Shown here: positions 1 to 12,900 of the stretch, piece after piece | Position numbering within the stretch: position 1 is the stretch's first letter | Layout of the letters: each line of letters opens with the position of its first letter | NCBI RefSeq assembly: GCF_002113885.1 | Contig: NW_018408866.1 | Location: forward strand, 799,700-863,699 | Direction: 5' to 3' | Source: Mizuhopecten yessoensis | Taxonomy: Eukaryota | Length of the DNA: 64,000 bases | Made by a program: the position numbers and the translations under genes | Notes under the pieces: model-generated | The model's database searches: none | What the model was told of the DNA's origin: nothing | The model's input: the letters and a program-made list of their open reading frames with translations, nothing else

Positions 1-551
1 TTGTTTAATTAATTCTTCCATGCTTAGCAATAGTTGTTTTATATCTCTGTAACCTTGCTGTGATGTTTTTTCTTATGTTTTGTCTTAATAATAGCACTTC
101 AGAGCTAATGTTTCTGTTCTCATATATATACGACTATAAATACAATTTCTTGTATCTTTTCACTAGGTATCAAATTCAGGATTAACAATTATTTATCTAT
201 AAGTGTTGTTAGTTAACGTTATGTACAGATTATCATAAGCCCAACCAGAGACATATAACGCCATGTACATTGAACGTCCCTGGCCCAACGTTTAGTTAAA
301 TCACGGAATTAGATTAATGTCATGCTAACGTTATGTCACAATATCACAACCCGTTGCTTCATTAAATCGAGTAACTCGCCAAGTCCAAAAGGAAATTTCT
401 TGTAACATTTTTTGTATTTGTAAGACAAGAGAAAATCCTTCGATAACTCATTAGATTACCTATTAAATTGCGAACCGAAGAAACGCGAAAAACAAGTTGA
501 TATTGAGATTCCGCTGGTGGTAGGCTAGACTATTCCGACGATGTCGATGTC

Positions 552-590
<39 letters not shown>

Positions 591-1054
591 TTTTCAAGAT
601 TTCGAGTGCCTTGACCAGTCACTGTCTTGACTGCGTTTCTTCCCTCCCTTTCATATACTCTATAGTATACGATCGTGCAAAGGGTTGGTAATTAAATATA
701 ACTAGGACCACAATTAAGACACGAATATACTTGAATGCCGTGTATATTTTTTAAAGTGTCATTCAACGTTGTTTACGTGACTTTTTGAATGCGTCACCTT
801 TAATTTGGTCATGACTCAGGGGTTTCGCGGCCATTACAGATTTGCACTTCCGTAGGATGAACCGACTGGGTGGTTTATAGAAATGTATACATGTATATTA
901 GGTTACATAACAAGCTTTAAAAGCCTTTTTTATGCAAAAATGAACATGATACCAGTCGTACACAATATGTACGTATATATATATATAGCTGGCTAACCAT
1001 TAAAGCCATTTTGGTCTCTGTGGAGTATAACATATAGATAGGTAGAACCCTCAC

Positions 1055-1108
1055 CCGGGCATCCGATAGCACTCCATAGTTCTCTTGTACACTGGAGCAT
1101 CCATTCAT
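1055..1108 (-). CDS. Possible short first coding exon of a gene running off the left edge
   Basis: Minus strand GCACCATGAAT...GCCCGG|gtgagg: good start context and strong donor, 18 codons (MNGCSSVQENYGVLSDAR). No homology recognised. Confidence 0.2.
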
Positions 1109-1502
1109 GGTGCAAATGTCATCCTACTTGTATGTTGGCGTACTCCAGAACTGAAGTCCACGCCTTTCTTCTGAACACCAACAGGTTACTACTCCCGAAC
1201 ACGGAATTATTACGTTTCCGTGATGTATACCATACCACTAACACAGGTGTGATTACATTTACAATTGTGCGTAAATGGTTGATCACACCTGAGGCATGAA
1301 TGTGTACACACGTTCACGCTGAAACGTTTTATTGCCTATAACTATACGTGTGTAAATGTCTACCCCTTATATACAAACAAATGGGGTAACATCTTACATA
1401 CATGTCCCCTCTTACACACAAATTGATGACTATCCTCTCATGATCAAGTAAACACACGAGGGTGGGGTGGGGTGGGGGACGTGGGGAGGGAGAATGAAAT
1501 AT

Positions 1503-1662
1503 CATATAAACACTTAAAGAGAATACACCCCATATAAACATTTGGTGAGAATACATCCCGTATAAACATCTGGGGAGAATACATACCGTATAAACATCTG
1601 GGGAGAAAACCCTTTATGAAAATATACACAATATAAACATCTGGGGGAAATACACCCCCTAT
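1503..1662. repeat. Short degenerate tandem repeat, about 29-bp unit, about 5 copies
   Basis: Recurring ATATAAACATCTGGGGAGAATACA(C/T)CC. Confidence 0.75.
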
Positions 1663-3303
1663 ATCATATTTCTTGAACTTCTCACAATGACGTATATGGT
1701 TATTACTTGCCTACATAGGTACAGTATATAAATAATTTATTTTCTGAATAGACAGAATAATGACGTCACGTTAACATAGCATTAAATGGCATTACATATT
1801 TCAATCTCACTCTTGGTTCATCAACCAATAAGTTACGACCAAAAAGGCATGGTCTTAAGCGACTGTGTTACTAGATTCCGGCATGGCCAACGAATTTAGT
1901 CAAAGCTGTTGTTTAATTTTCATTGTCATATCAAAAGGTAATTTTACACAAGTGTATAGTATGTTCATACTTTAATAATTAATTACTGATAAGTTTTTTC
2001 CCCGATTTCCATAAGAAATGTTCACTTTACGACATTTGTATATTTCATTGATGATTTAATTATGATATATATAATAATAATATACAATATTTATATAGCG
2101 CCCTATAGAATTTGTAAAATTACTCTAAAGCGCTTTACAACATATGGATACTAGTATTAGTTATAACTGTTTAACAACAAGAGTACCGCGGGACAGAACA
2201 ATATACGCCCGTCGAATGTCATATAGGGTTATAAACTTTCTTACATTGAAATAAGATCTGCATCATACTAAGAGTGGTTAGCTGACATGCTATAAAATAA
2301 GTTCATTTATTGATAAATGTAAAGCAGAGTGTGGGGATATAAATTTTAAAGAAAAACCCTGGGATTTTATCACAGTTAAGAGAGACATTTGTAAATTACA
2401 GCTTTCAAGCAAACCGGAAATGGAAAGACGAAGTTAATCAGTTAGAAGGAAAACTTCTCTCTCTTTATGAAGAAAATAATACAGCACAATGTCCTGTAAA
2501 AGAAATGTACACTAGATATAGAAAAAAAGGTTAGAGCAGTACTACAAAAACAAATCTGAGGGGGAAAAGTAAGGTCAAGGTCGCAATATATCTTACAAGC
2601 AGAATGGCCAAATAACGTTTTTCTCGGGCTAGAAACAGAGCACAGTGTGAACAAGTAATCAATTGCTTTATCAGAAGTGGAACGTTTTAGTATTCCGGGT
2701 AAAAATTAAATAAGTACAAATGTGAAGGAATTTCGTTGGGAAGAAATAGGCAAGGCAAGATACAATGAACATGATAATGTCGCGGAAAGCGGTGAAATCT
2801 TAGGAATATACTTTGGGGTGAACAGAGCTAACTTAGGGAGCCAGGGTAGGAAGGGCACATAACTCGCCTATTACCATCATGCACTGTGATACAGCAGGCC
2901 TTTTCTTCCCCTGAACCTGCACGGGTTGGGGAAAGAACACAAATAGGTGGCTAACGAGTGGAGGGGGTGTGGGGATGTGGGGGAAACATGTAGGGGGCAC
3001 ATTGGTATAGGTTGTTAATGCTTGGGGGAGGAGGGGTAACAACTTATCAGTAAAAACATTAATGAGTAATTAAAGGGACTAAAAAATAGGAGGGATAATG
3101 GGTACAAGGGTTCATATATTAGGTGGTGGCTAATGGGAATGTGGCTATTAGGTAGAGGATTCATGTTTAGGAGGCAATATGATACAAATAAGTGGATAGG
3201 GCCTACATTTAAAGGGCTAACAAGGTAGCTGGTGGGAATGGAGCTAACTGGTAGGAGAAAAACTCCGGGAGAAATAGTAATTAATTGCATCATACATAAG
3301 ATT

Positions 3304-3660
3304 TGTAGCGGACGGGACTAGGTAGATCAACAGCAACCAGGTAGCTCAATTAGCAGAGTGTCCGTCCAGAGGTCAGAGGGTCCTGGGTTCAAATCCTGGT
3401 CTGGCCATGCATTTTTCTTTTTCAAAAATTTGAGAGTTTTCCCATCCCTTGAGAGGATACCTCAATCTGGGTTAATGTAAAAGAGTTGTCCTTGGGGGTG
3501 AAGACTTAGAAAGAGGAGTGAGGAATGTAGCCGAACTAGACTGGCCGGTCAATCGTCAGTGACCAGGTAGTACAATTGCTAGAATTTCTGTTTCGAGTTT
3601 GGAGAGTCCCAGCTTCGAATCAGGTCTGGTCATGCATTTGTCTTCTTCAATTGCAGATCT
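3304..3660 (+). mobile_element. Degenerate tRNA-LTR TRIM of a related family
   Basis: Two direct repeats starting TGTAGC (3304 and 3526), each with CCAGGTAG(C)T.CAATT A-box and a B-box (GGTTCAAATCC / GCTTCGAATC). Purine tract AGAAAGAGGAGTGAGGAA directly before the second repeat. Internal GTTGTCCTTGGGGGTGAAGACTTAGAAAGAGG resembles 41397-41430. TSD not clear. Confidence 0.6.
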
Positions 3661-3734
3661 GTCACCGGTATATTTGCGTCAAATCACAAATTGTATATAT
3701 ACACATACTTTCCAACTTTTTGAAATGGGGGGGG

Positions 3735-3805
3735 NNNNNNNNNNNNNNNNNNNNNNNNNNNNNNNNNNNNNNNNNNNNNNNNNNNNNNNNNNNNNNNNNN
3801 NNNNN
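3735..3805. other. Assembly gap (71 N) flanked by G runs
   Basis: Run of n bounded by poly-G on both sides. Confidence 0.99.
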
Positions 3806-6800
3806 GGGGGGGGGTCAAATTCGGGAGTCTCCATCCAAAATAGTGAATTTGCATGTATATGTTACATCTTTAAATCGACTATTATCAATCCGTTCACCCA
3901 CAGGTACATATATAGTGTACTAAGAACACCTATAATAGACTAGTATCTGTTTTGTTAACAACGCAATACTTGAATACAGAATACAATTCGTATGTGCTCA
4001 AGAGTTACCAAATAGCATCATAAGGTGTCGGACAAAAATTCCCGTCCGTCTATTCTAACCTCTAAATTAATTCAAAAGATTCGTCTCATTCCAGCAAAGC
4101 GCGAAAGTAATGCGCTGCCATGTTGTATAGGTCACGTACGTCATGCTTGGGATATGCTAAATTTATCCAACATAAATAATAAACGGTTGAATACGCAAAT
4201 TAATAGAATAATGCATATGTTATTAAATTGTTATATTTGTAATTATTTACATTTTTAATATTTATTAGTCGCAATCAGTTAATTTAACTGCACTTAATCG
4301 ACCAATGCGTCGATGAAATAAAATTGAATGAAATAATATCAGTATTAAGCTGGCATTATTTTGTATTGTATATGAAATTACAGAATAAAATTTATGGGAA
4401 CTTCTGATTACAAAGGTGCAAAAAGCACCGACTTAGATCTAGTTCCGTGAATAGAGACGGCCTTTTTGTTTCCAATTTCCTCTTAATCCCCTTGTTTGTT
4501 TATGTTTAGTATTGAAACTGATCGAAGAAGAACATGATAGCTGCTAGATGGCCATCTTGAATTTTATAATTATAAAGTTTGTCTCTTTCTCCAATTTCAC
4601 AAGTGCCTTCCTCTTAGTCTTTGTGCATGTAAAATGTTGTGATTGATGGCATGAACAAGAAAAGATGCCAGATGATCATCTTGGAGTTTGACAATTTGCC
4701 ACTGCTTCATTTATCTTTAATAGAACCTTTCTCGTATTCCTTATATGGTCTTCTCTTGATTCTTCGGTACTAATTGCGTGCGTTTTCTTAGTTGTGTGGT
4801 TCATTTTTAGGTTGATCAAAAAAAGTCAAAAGTAACAGTATGAAGTTGTTTTGATCAAATGTTACCCATAATGTTTAACAATAGGAATGAATAATTATCG
4901 AACATATAAAATAATAAAAAAAAAGCCAAACTGATGAAGAACTTATAATGATTTGACGACAATGGCAAAGTTTTGATAGAACATAACAGAACTATATTTG
5001 ACTGTAACTCACACTCACACTTTCGAAATCCAAGTAGATCTATCACATATACATATAATACTGTGTATAATGTCGCCAGTTCCTACCAAGCTTAAATACA
5101 TACATACATACATACATACAATGATACCATAAAATAGACATAAAGCATATGACGAAAGCCTCTCTACAGAGTTACGAGAGACTAAAAAGTAATTACAATG
5201 GATGTAAAAACACTTCACTGGAACTTGCTACTAAAAGGCTCACATAGGGATACTTGTTTAAAAGCTACAAATGTAGTATATGCCATAGATTTATCTCCTA
5301 GTACCAAACTTCAATTTACATAAATCAGCGATATCATTTTATTATATTCAATTATAACGACGTTCAAGCGATGTACATACGTGTTACGATGACATACACG
5401 TGCACCCGTCAATGTATTTGACCAGCTGTTTCAGTACCATCATCTCATCACACCGCCGAGGGCTATACACATGGTGTCGCTAGCAGGCTCTGTGTCATCA
5501 ACGGACTATATGGAATAGATCGACTCAGAACGTGTTGAGTGCTGCATTTGAGTTAAAAAAAAAGAAAAAGTGTGATTATCTTGCTAGCTTTTTTAATGAA
5601 AAACGAATGACCCGTGTGTATGATGCAAACGAAAACTTTTCAAATCATATTTCAAAACAATTGCAAATATGATATTTGGTGATATACAGTGAGCAATCAA
5701 GTTAATAAATAAACTGTAGTTCACTGAGTTATATAAATATTTTTGCATTATTTCTAATTTTCAGAAGCCGTACACACACATTCACTATCTATAGCATGTA
5801 TACACTCACACATCATTTAATAATACAGTACAAATCTCGTCGACGTCGCCATCATCATCGTTGTCGTCATCGTAAATCTCGTCGCCGTCTTCATCATCAC
5901 TATTGTTTACAATCAATCCCCTAAAATGAAATCTAAAAACACTCAGCGATCTGGGGCTTTCTTGAGTGCTAGTAAGCTGTAAAATTGAATCAAATTATGA
6001 CCAAATAGTGATTTTTTTTCACATTTTTGTCCACTTGAACAGTAAAACCAAAATAAATTCTAATATGACTAAAAGAGCTTTGGCAAGCGTAGTAAGGCAT
6101 TTATTTATTCCACAACATATTTGGATTTTCAAACAAACTTTAGATGCTCTTATTTTTTTGGAAAATGACACCTACTCCATACAATAATGTTAGAGTGAAT
6201 TTCAGGAGAGTTATCTCCCTTAGACTGCTGACCGTGCCAACAACATCGCTGTGACGTTCGGGGAGGTCTCTTTGTAAACACCCGGACTTCTACCAGAACG
6301 CATGTGTTATTTACCTGCACATTCTAACTAGTTTTGGGAGCCAGAGCTGTTTTCAAACCCCCTGTAGAGACGGTGTGGGACTCGGTACACCGCATTTCAT
6401 TTCTCTACAATATAAACAGCACATGTACACCTGGAGCGCTTCTCGGTTGGGTTGACACGCTGGAGTTTACATTACATGTATGCTTGTGTTCTATTGTGTG
6501 AATGAGTGTTTATCAACATAAGCTGGTTGAACGGAATCGAAAGGATCATAATTTACTTGAACCACGGTCTTAGATAACAATCTAATTCCGTGCTTGAACG
6601 TATGGTACAATGTAAGTCAACTATATGTCCTCCTACCATTTAGTGAAGAGGTGACAATTCTATTCTAAATATAGTTAGTAGTATGCCACTAAACAAACAA
6701 TATTACTGTATACACACAGAATATTATTATTAAAAACACTTAATACATCACGGACATAGATATTCGATTGGAGAGTAAAGAGCTCTATAGGAAAGTCTTT

Positions 6801-6912
6801 ATATTAACATAACTTCCGAGTAGATAACCCTTCTCTAACCACCAACTCTACGCCTCTGGCATGTGCATATTTACGCCAGGCTAGTTCCCTACATGTATGC
6901 TGATGCTTCACA

Positions 6913-9900
6913 ATGTTTCGCACGCGTTCTTCGTTCCGATGCAAGGTTTTTTGGAGCGTAACACAGTGTGTATTGTATATTAGCTTCCTCCTGTCATCAT
7001 GGAGTTGTTCTGCTGAGACAGACTACCCATTCCGGAACACCTCACTATCATGGGACACTCGAGTGAACGATCTGGTAGACCGCCTGACACTGAAGGAGAT
7101 TATGCTCCAGATGAGTAAAGGAGGGTCAGGTCCGAATGCGGGGCCAGCACCACACATTCCGCGCCTGGGCATAGGGCCATACAGCTGGAACACGGAGTGC
7201 CTCAGGGGGGACGTGAGTGCGGGGAATGCCACTTCATTTCCACAAGCACTCGGTCTAGCCGCCACATTCAGGTAATAGATGTAACATGTATTATTTAAAA
7301 CACACGCGTGTATCGGATCTCAGTTTCTATACATGTACATGTAAAAGGGCATTGGACTACACTGATAATATATTATGTGTCTAGAAGTAATCTGGTCTTA
7401 AATACATGATTTAGTGGTGTACTTTTAAACGATAAAGATGGCCATTTTTTTTTTATACTTTTCACACAATTAACACATTTGAAAAGCGACTAGAAATTAA
7501 AATGATTATACAGCGTTAATTCGACATATGATCCTATATGGATCACTGTTCCTTATTATAAAAGGTATAACTTTGATACACAATTCTTACTAGGTTTTTT
7601 ATTGGGTTTTGAAATGTATTACCTTCATTCTTTTCCTAGCACTGACGTCATACATGACGTAGCGGAAGCCACTGGTGTGGAGGTTCGCGCCAAGTACAAC
7701 GACTATCGGAAACATAAACAGTACGGGGACCACAAAGGGGCGAGCTGTTTCAGTCCTGTCATCAACATCATGCGGCACCCCTTGTGGGGACGGAACCAGG
7801 TTATACTTATATTTATCACTGATGTTAAAGTTACATAGGTTTCATTCAAGGATATTTTGATTTCCAACTTGAACATGTTTGTATCATTTATAATATATTA
7901 CCTTTTCTGTGATACGATGATTTTTTAAACGTGTTTTGTGAATGGTAATTTGGGTATTGAAATGACCACGGTAATGTTTACATATCTATTGTACAGCCCC
8001 TAAATACACCTACTAACTCATAATGTTGTTATCGAAGTAATACACCAAGAAGTAGTTTTCTTGGATGTTTTTAAGTCGGACACATTTCGGGTCTTTCTTC
8101 CTGTTACAGCATCAACTCAGGAATCGGCCGTGTGTTGTCTCCAAATTTATCGTAATATGCAATAATAAAATGGAGACAGGGATGCTTTTAAAACCCAATA
8201 TATGGTGGTTACCCAACGAGTGATGGTAGGTTATCATGTTTATCTAACTCGAGTAAGTTAATTTTCAAATTGTATAAAGGCACGAGGTTTACCGAATGTC
8301 TTTTACAATTTGAAAATTAACTTACAAGTGTTAGGTAAACATGATAACCTACCATCACGAGGTTGGGTCCTTTTTCTCACATAACGTTCATATTTTATCT
8401 GGAAAGCCATATGTATCCCTTGAAAATACACTTTGTCGGCTTCCGATCGGGGGAAACAATTGCCGTGAATCGTGACGTCACAATAGAAGATTACATCGTA
8501 AAGCATTGTTACGTGACGTCATAAGTAATAAATTGACCAATGAAATCACGTCCAGGGTATTACCCACAAGTGGGTCACCAATAATGTTAACCAACTCCTA
8601 GCAGGTTTATCCAATGAGTCAGGAGTGGGGAAACCTACAGTGATTGTGGCAGAAAAAAACTGTTCAAATTTACCTCCTCCCCTGCCCCGTGGTTTACCCT
8701 CCTGGTACTGCCCAAACCTCTTAACCCCGCCGTCCTCAGGGGACACCAAAGGCTTCGTTCGTCAGGTAGGAAAGAAGGAAAAGTTATGTTATTAAATTAA
8801 GAGCAATTATCTCTACCGAATGAAAATATATGAGAGGTAACAGAATTTTTTTACATTGCTACAAGCACATTTTGAGCCAATAGTTAACGTAAATTAGTAT
8901 GCAACACATAACTGACAAGCACTCGGAAACATATTAACAATTGTGTAATATTCAAACACGAAGCTGAATTGTGCAAAGTGTTTACGTGATGAAATTAAGA
9001 TGTGTGGAAAATTTTCAAAGAAGGTTCAAAAGCCGAAGAAGAAAGTTCAATTTGTATCGTGTAGCGCTTGTGAATTATAATAAAGGGACAGGGACTCTCA
9101 AAGGTAATCTTAATACCTCTCTAAAACACAAATCAACCAATGATATGAACCATAGATACTTGGGTGTTATCAAAATTGTGGTGACACACAAATTAGAAAG
9201 AAAATGAGAACTGCAAAGCTTATGAGCAAAATTCTCTCACTGTAAAATGTAAATAACATATTTATAGGGAAAAAGAACTGTTCATCGAGCCAAGGACGAT
9301 GATGATTCGCACTAATCGTTATCCAGTGTGAAGTCTGGTGGAAGCCATTAACCATACACCAAAAAATAGAGGTAAAAGACCTGTTGGAGGTCAGTGACGT
9401 GAATAACGTTGCAGTGTAGTTAATAATGCAGTTTGGTGACATTTCCCAAAAACGTCTTTAGCTAGCGCAGCAGCGGGATACATTTACAAGTACGTTCTAC
9501 AGCCTGTACTGAGTGAAGATATACGGCCTCAGCAAGGTTCGGGTTTCTTCTTTGTTTTATAACGTCCTTCTTCCTGGTAACGGATTGAATCATAAGAAGG
9601 CGGCCTCAGCAAGGACCACGGCCACAAAACAGTGTTATCGATTGATGACGAGGCCTTGTAACAGTTCTGGTAGCGGAAGTCTTATCCATTTCTTGTCATG
9701 AAGCGTCCCAGATTGAGCAAAAACAACCAGGAAGGAGTGCCGAGACAATGCGCTTGAATACATCCGGATAGGAGTTATGATGAAGATGTTGATTATAAGC
9801 CACTTGCAAGTTTTTAAGGAAATCTCTCGTGACACATCCGGACATATTACTTACATGTGCAGTCGAGATACAACGGTACACGTGCGTGCAACATTTTGTC

Positions 9901-12900
9901 AAAGATTTGTCCGTGTACAGATTATAACTAATAACCGAGCTATGACCTCTTGATTTCTATAATAACATGATATGGTAAGCAGCGTTTTATGTGTTATTGT
10001 CTGAATCACTTTCAAGTTTGTGATGGAACCAACATACACATATTTAAAACATTCGTAAAAAGAATGCCATGTGTGGAAATGCATTGTATGATTTGATATA
10101 AAGCATGTTGATCCTTGAAAAAATGGAAATACATGAACAGTTATTTGCCTACCGACCTACCCTATCTGTTTCCAGGCATGTTACCCGAAACTTATTTGAA
10201 ACACACATACTATTTGTTTGACCTGACGATCACGTAACGTTTTATAACAGTATATATACCAATACTCACGTGCGTTACTACGTGCCTTTTTTATGTCTTA
10301 TTTTCTTATTACCAAACGGCACTATATATAATTTATTTGGATTACCAGCTTGGTCGGGTGGCGCAGATGTTAGCCCACTTGTCTTTTATTAAGGCGGCCG
10401 GGGTTCGGGAGAAGGCCGTGATAAGTTGTAATAGTTCGTGCCCAATCCATTGTTATTTTTTTTGGCAATAAATATGTTTGAAGCAAAGTCGATTCCCCGA
10501 TCGGACGTGAAAAGGTTAGGGGTCTCCTGCCTGACCACATGTGTTTTCTCCTGGTACTCCGGTTTCCTTCCGCATTAGCCCAAACGCGCGCTTACATCCG
10601 GGCCAATAAAAGTGATTATATTAATATAAGTTGAAATAACTTGTTTCATAATTATTGTAAGATAGATAAAGTTTAGTTGGTATATATACTTAGACTACGC
10701 ATACGTCGTAACACAATAATTATCTGAAACTTAATTCCGGATTATTCTTCAGTTAAAGAAAGTTTTTCTTGTTAATTCATTAAAGAAAATATAAGACAAA
10801 TGATCTGCGACAGTTCCGCATACGTTTCACGACTAGTGGACGTAGTAAACAATGTTGTAATACAAAGCCTATCATGTGACGTTATGATATTATTGGTACT
10901 TAGTAACACATGATCTTACCAACATTAATGTTTTAGGAAACTTACGGAGAAGACCCCTTCCTCAGTGGCGTCATGGCTGCCCACTTCGTGAAAGGCTTGC
11001 AAGGCCAGAACCCAACGTACATTAGGGCTAGCGCGGGCTGTAAACATTTCGATGTTCACGGCGGGCCGGACAACATCCCCGTGTCACGTTTCTCTTTCGA
11101 CGCCCAGGTAAACGATTTCTTACATGTATAATATAAACAATATCTTTACCAGTCTGTTTGAAAAATAGAAGACAGTTTGTCAAGATACAAATGAGGCTGG
11201 TAAGATATTGTCACAGTCCTATCATCAATACAGTGTATATATTTGTCAACTGAGTCATTACAATAGCCTGATGACGATCTTATAAATACAGTTTTTTTCT
11301 GAATCTTATTATATTAAAAAGAGAAAGTAACACGATTAAACAAGCGATAAACAAATATTTTAATTCTATATAGGATGTGGCAACACGCAACTAGCATACG
11401 TCACATTGGTTTATTAACATTTGTATTTGATAACAGCTTGGTGTTGTTTTTTTGCTAAATTGTGTAAAGCGAATGTTAAACAGAATCCCTTTTATCTTCC
11501 TTGTGGCACAACACATTTGTGGTTTTCGTTTCTTTTGCCTTTACAAATTAAACTGTCGGTATTTCGTTACTACATGCTTAGGTGGTTAGCTGGAGCGTTT
11601 GCCCAGAGACAGCTAAACAGTACATATAATATATATCCCCTGTACTTATAGCATTCAATGTTTTCTCCAGATTTGAAAAAATGGGGTCATTGGTAATGTG
11701 ATACAGACATAATATTCACAAATTTCTAGAGAAAACACTAAAACTGAAACGCAACCAAAATGCATGGTACACAGCAGTAGTATAGCAAGTTGTAATCTAC
11801 AGTGTATATACAATGAAGTTTGCAGTCATCGAAACGCGTTTTCTGTACTGAAACCTGCATCTTTAAGATGACTGAATTAATAGGTATGATTGATCGTGTG
11901 TTGTGTACAGAAAGCCGAAACAGAGTTAACATCGCGGGATGCCATTGTTTTCACGGTCACTAAACACCACTAACACATGTGCTGATAAAGAACCCCCCCC
12001 CCCCCCCCACAAAGTCGTGCCAACATTTTTAACTCTATTGCTATACTTTTTTATCGAAAAGCTGAAATAGTATATTTGCTGTCGATTTTGTTCGGGGTTC
12101 ATGTCGTCCAAAATCGTGTCATGAAACGACGAAAAGAAAGCAGTGGAATTAAGAAACTGCGAGGCGGCAGATCTTTTGATTTCCAGTGTTTTGATGGCAT
12201 AAACACGAAGTTTTATAAAGGACCCCACGTAGTCGCCTCTTAATATCATGTCGATTACAACTACTAATGTGTTGATAGTAAATTATATGATTGACAGGTA
12301 AGTGAACGTGATTGGCGTCTCACCTTCCTACCCGCCTTTAAACGATGTGTAGAAGCGGGGACTTTCAGTCTGATGTGCAGCTACAACAGGTCGGTTGGTG
12401 TATGGCTTTTCTGACTTTTATAAAAAAAAATCATTTTGCAAAACATCATGAGCTTTGAAATATATTCACTTCCCAAATATTGGTAAAAAATAAACGGCAC
12501 TCGACGTTATTACTCCTGAAACGAGTTTGTTATGGAAAATGATAATCAATTATTCCTGAAGTTTCCTCTAAATGTGGCTCGCTTGCTGATGTCTCTTTCA
12601 ATAATGTCTGTAACGTTATGATATAGAATGATGTAGAAAATGATCAGTTGATCATCCTTGTTCTCCCTTTTACAATGTATTTTTTTAAAGTTTAAGTAGC
12701 AACACTGCAGAGAAAAAAGTAACTCTCGATCCAGCTATCCATGTTTTTTGAAGAACAAAATCAATTGGTCCTTCAGACTGAATGGCATTCCAGCCTGTGG
12801 TAATAAGCGCCTCCTGACGGACATCCTGCGGAAGGAGTGGGGGTTCAAAGGTTACGTAGTGAGTGACCAGGAGGCCATAGAGAACATCATAAACTTCCAC

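Noticed and set aside
2173-2780. Possible Helentron-type repeat starting AACAAGAGTACCGC with an AAGGTCAAGGTC motif
   Set aside because: It resembles dispersed bivalve repeats, but I could not define both ends, so it is not reported as a feature.
3340-3410. Functional tRNA genes here and at 42055-42125
   Set aside because: A/B boxes are present but stems are broken, and the sequences lie inside direct repeats with LTR features.
3576-3943. ORFs spanning the N run
   Set aside because: Artefacts of translating through an assembly gap.
7023-7265. Conserved-looking antisense ORFs (7023-7265, 20988-21230, 51273-51608, 47647-48201)
   Set aside because: They are shadows of real sense-strand coding sequence; similarity between the first two just mirrors the paralogous exon 1.
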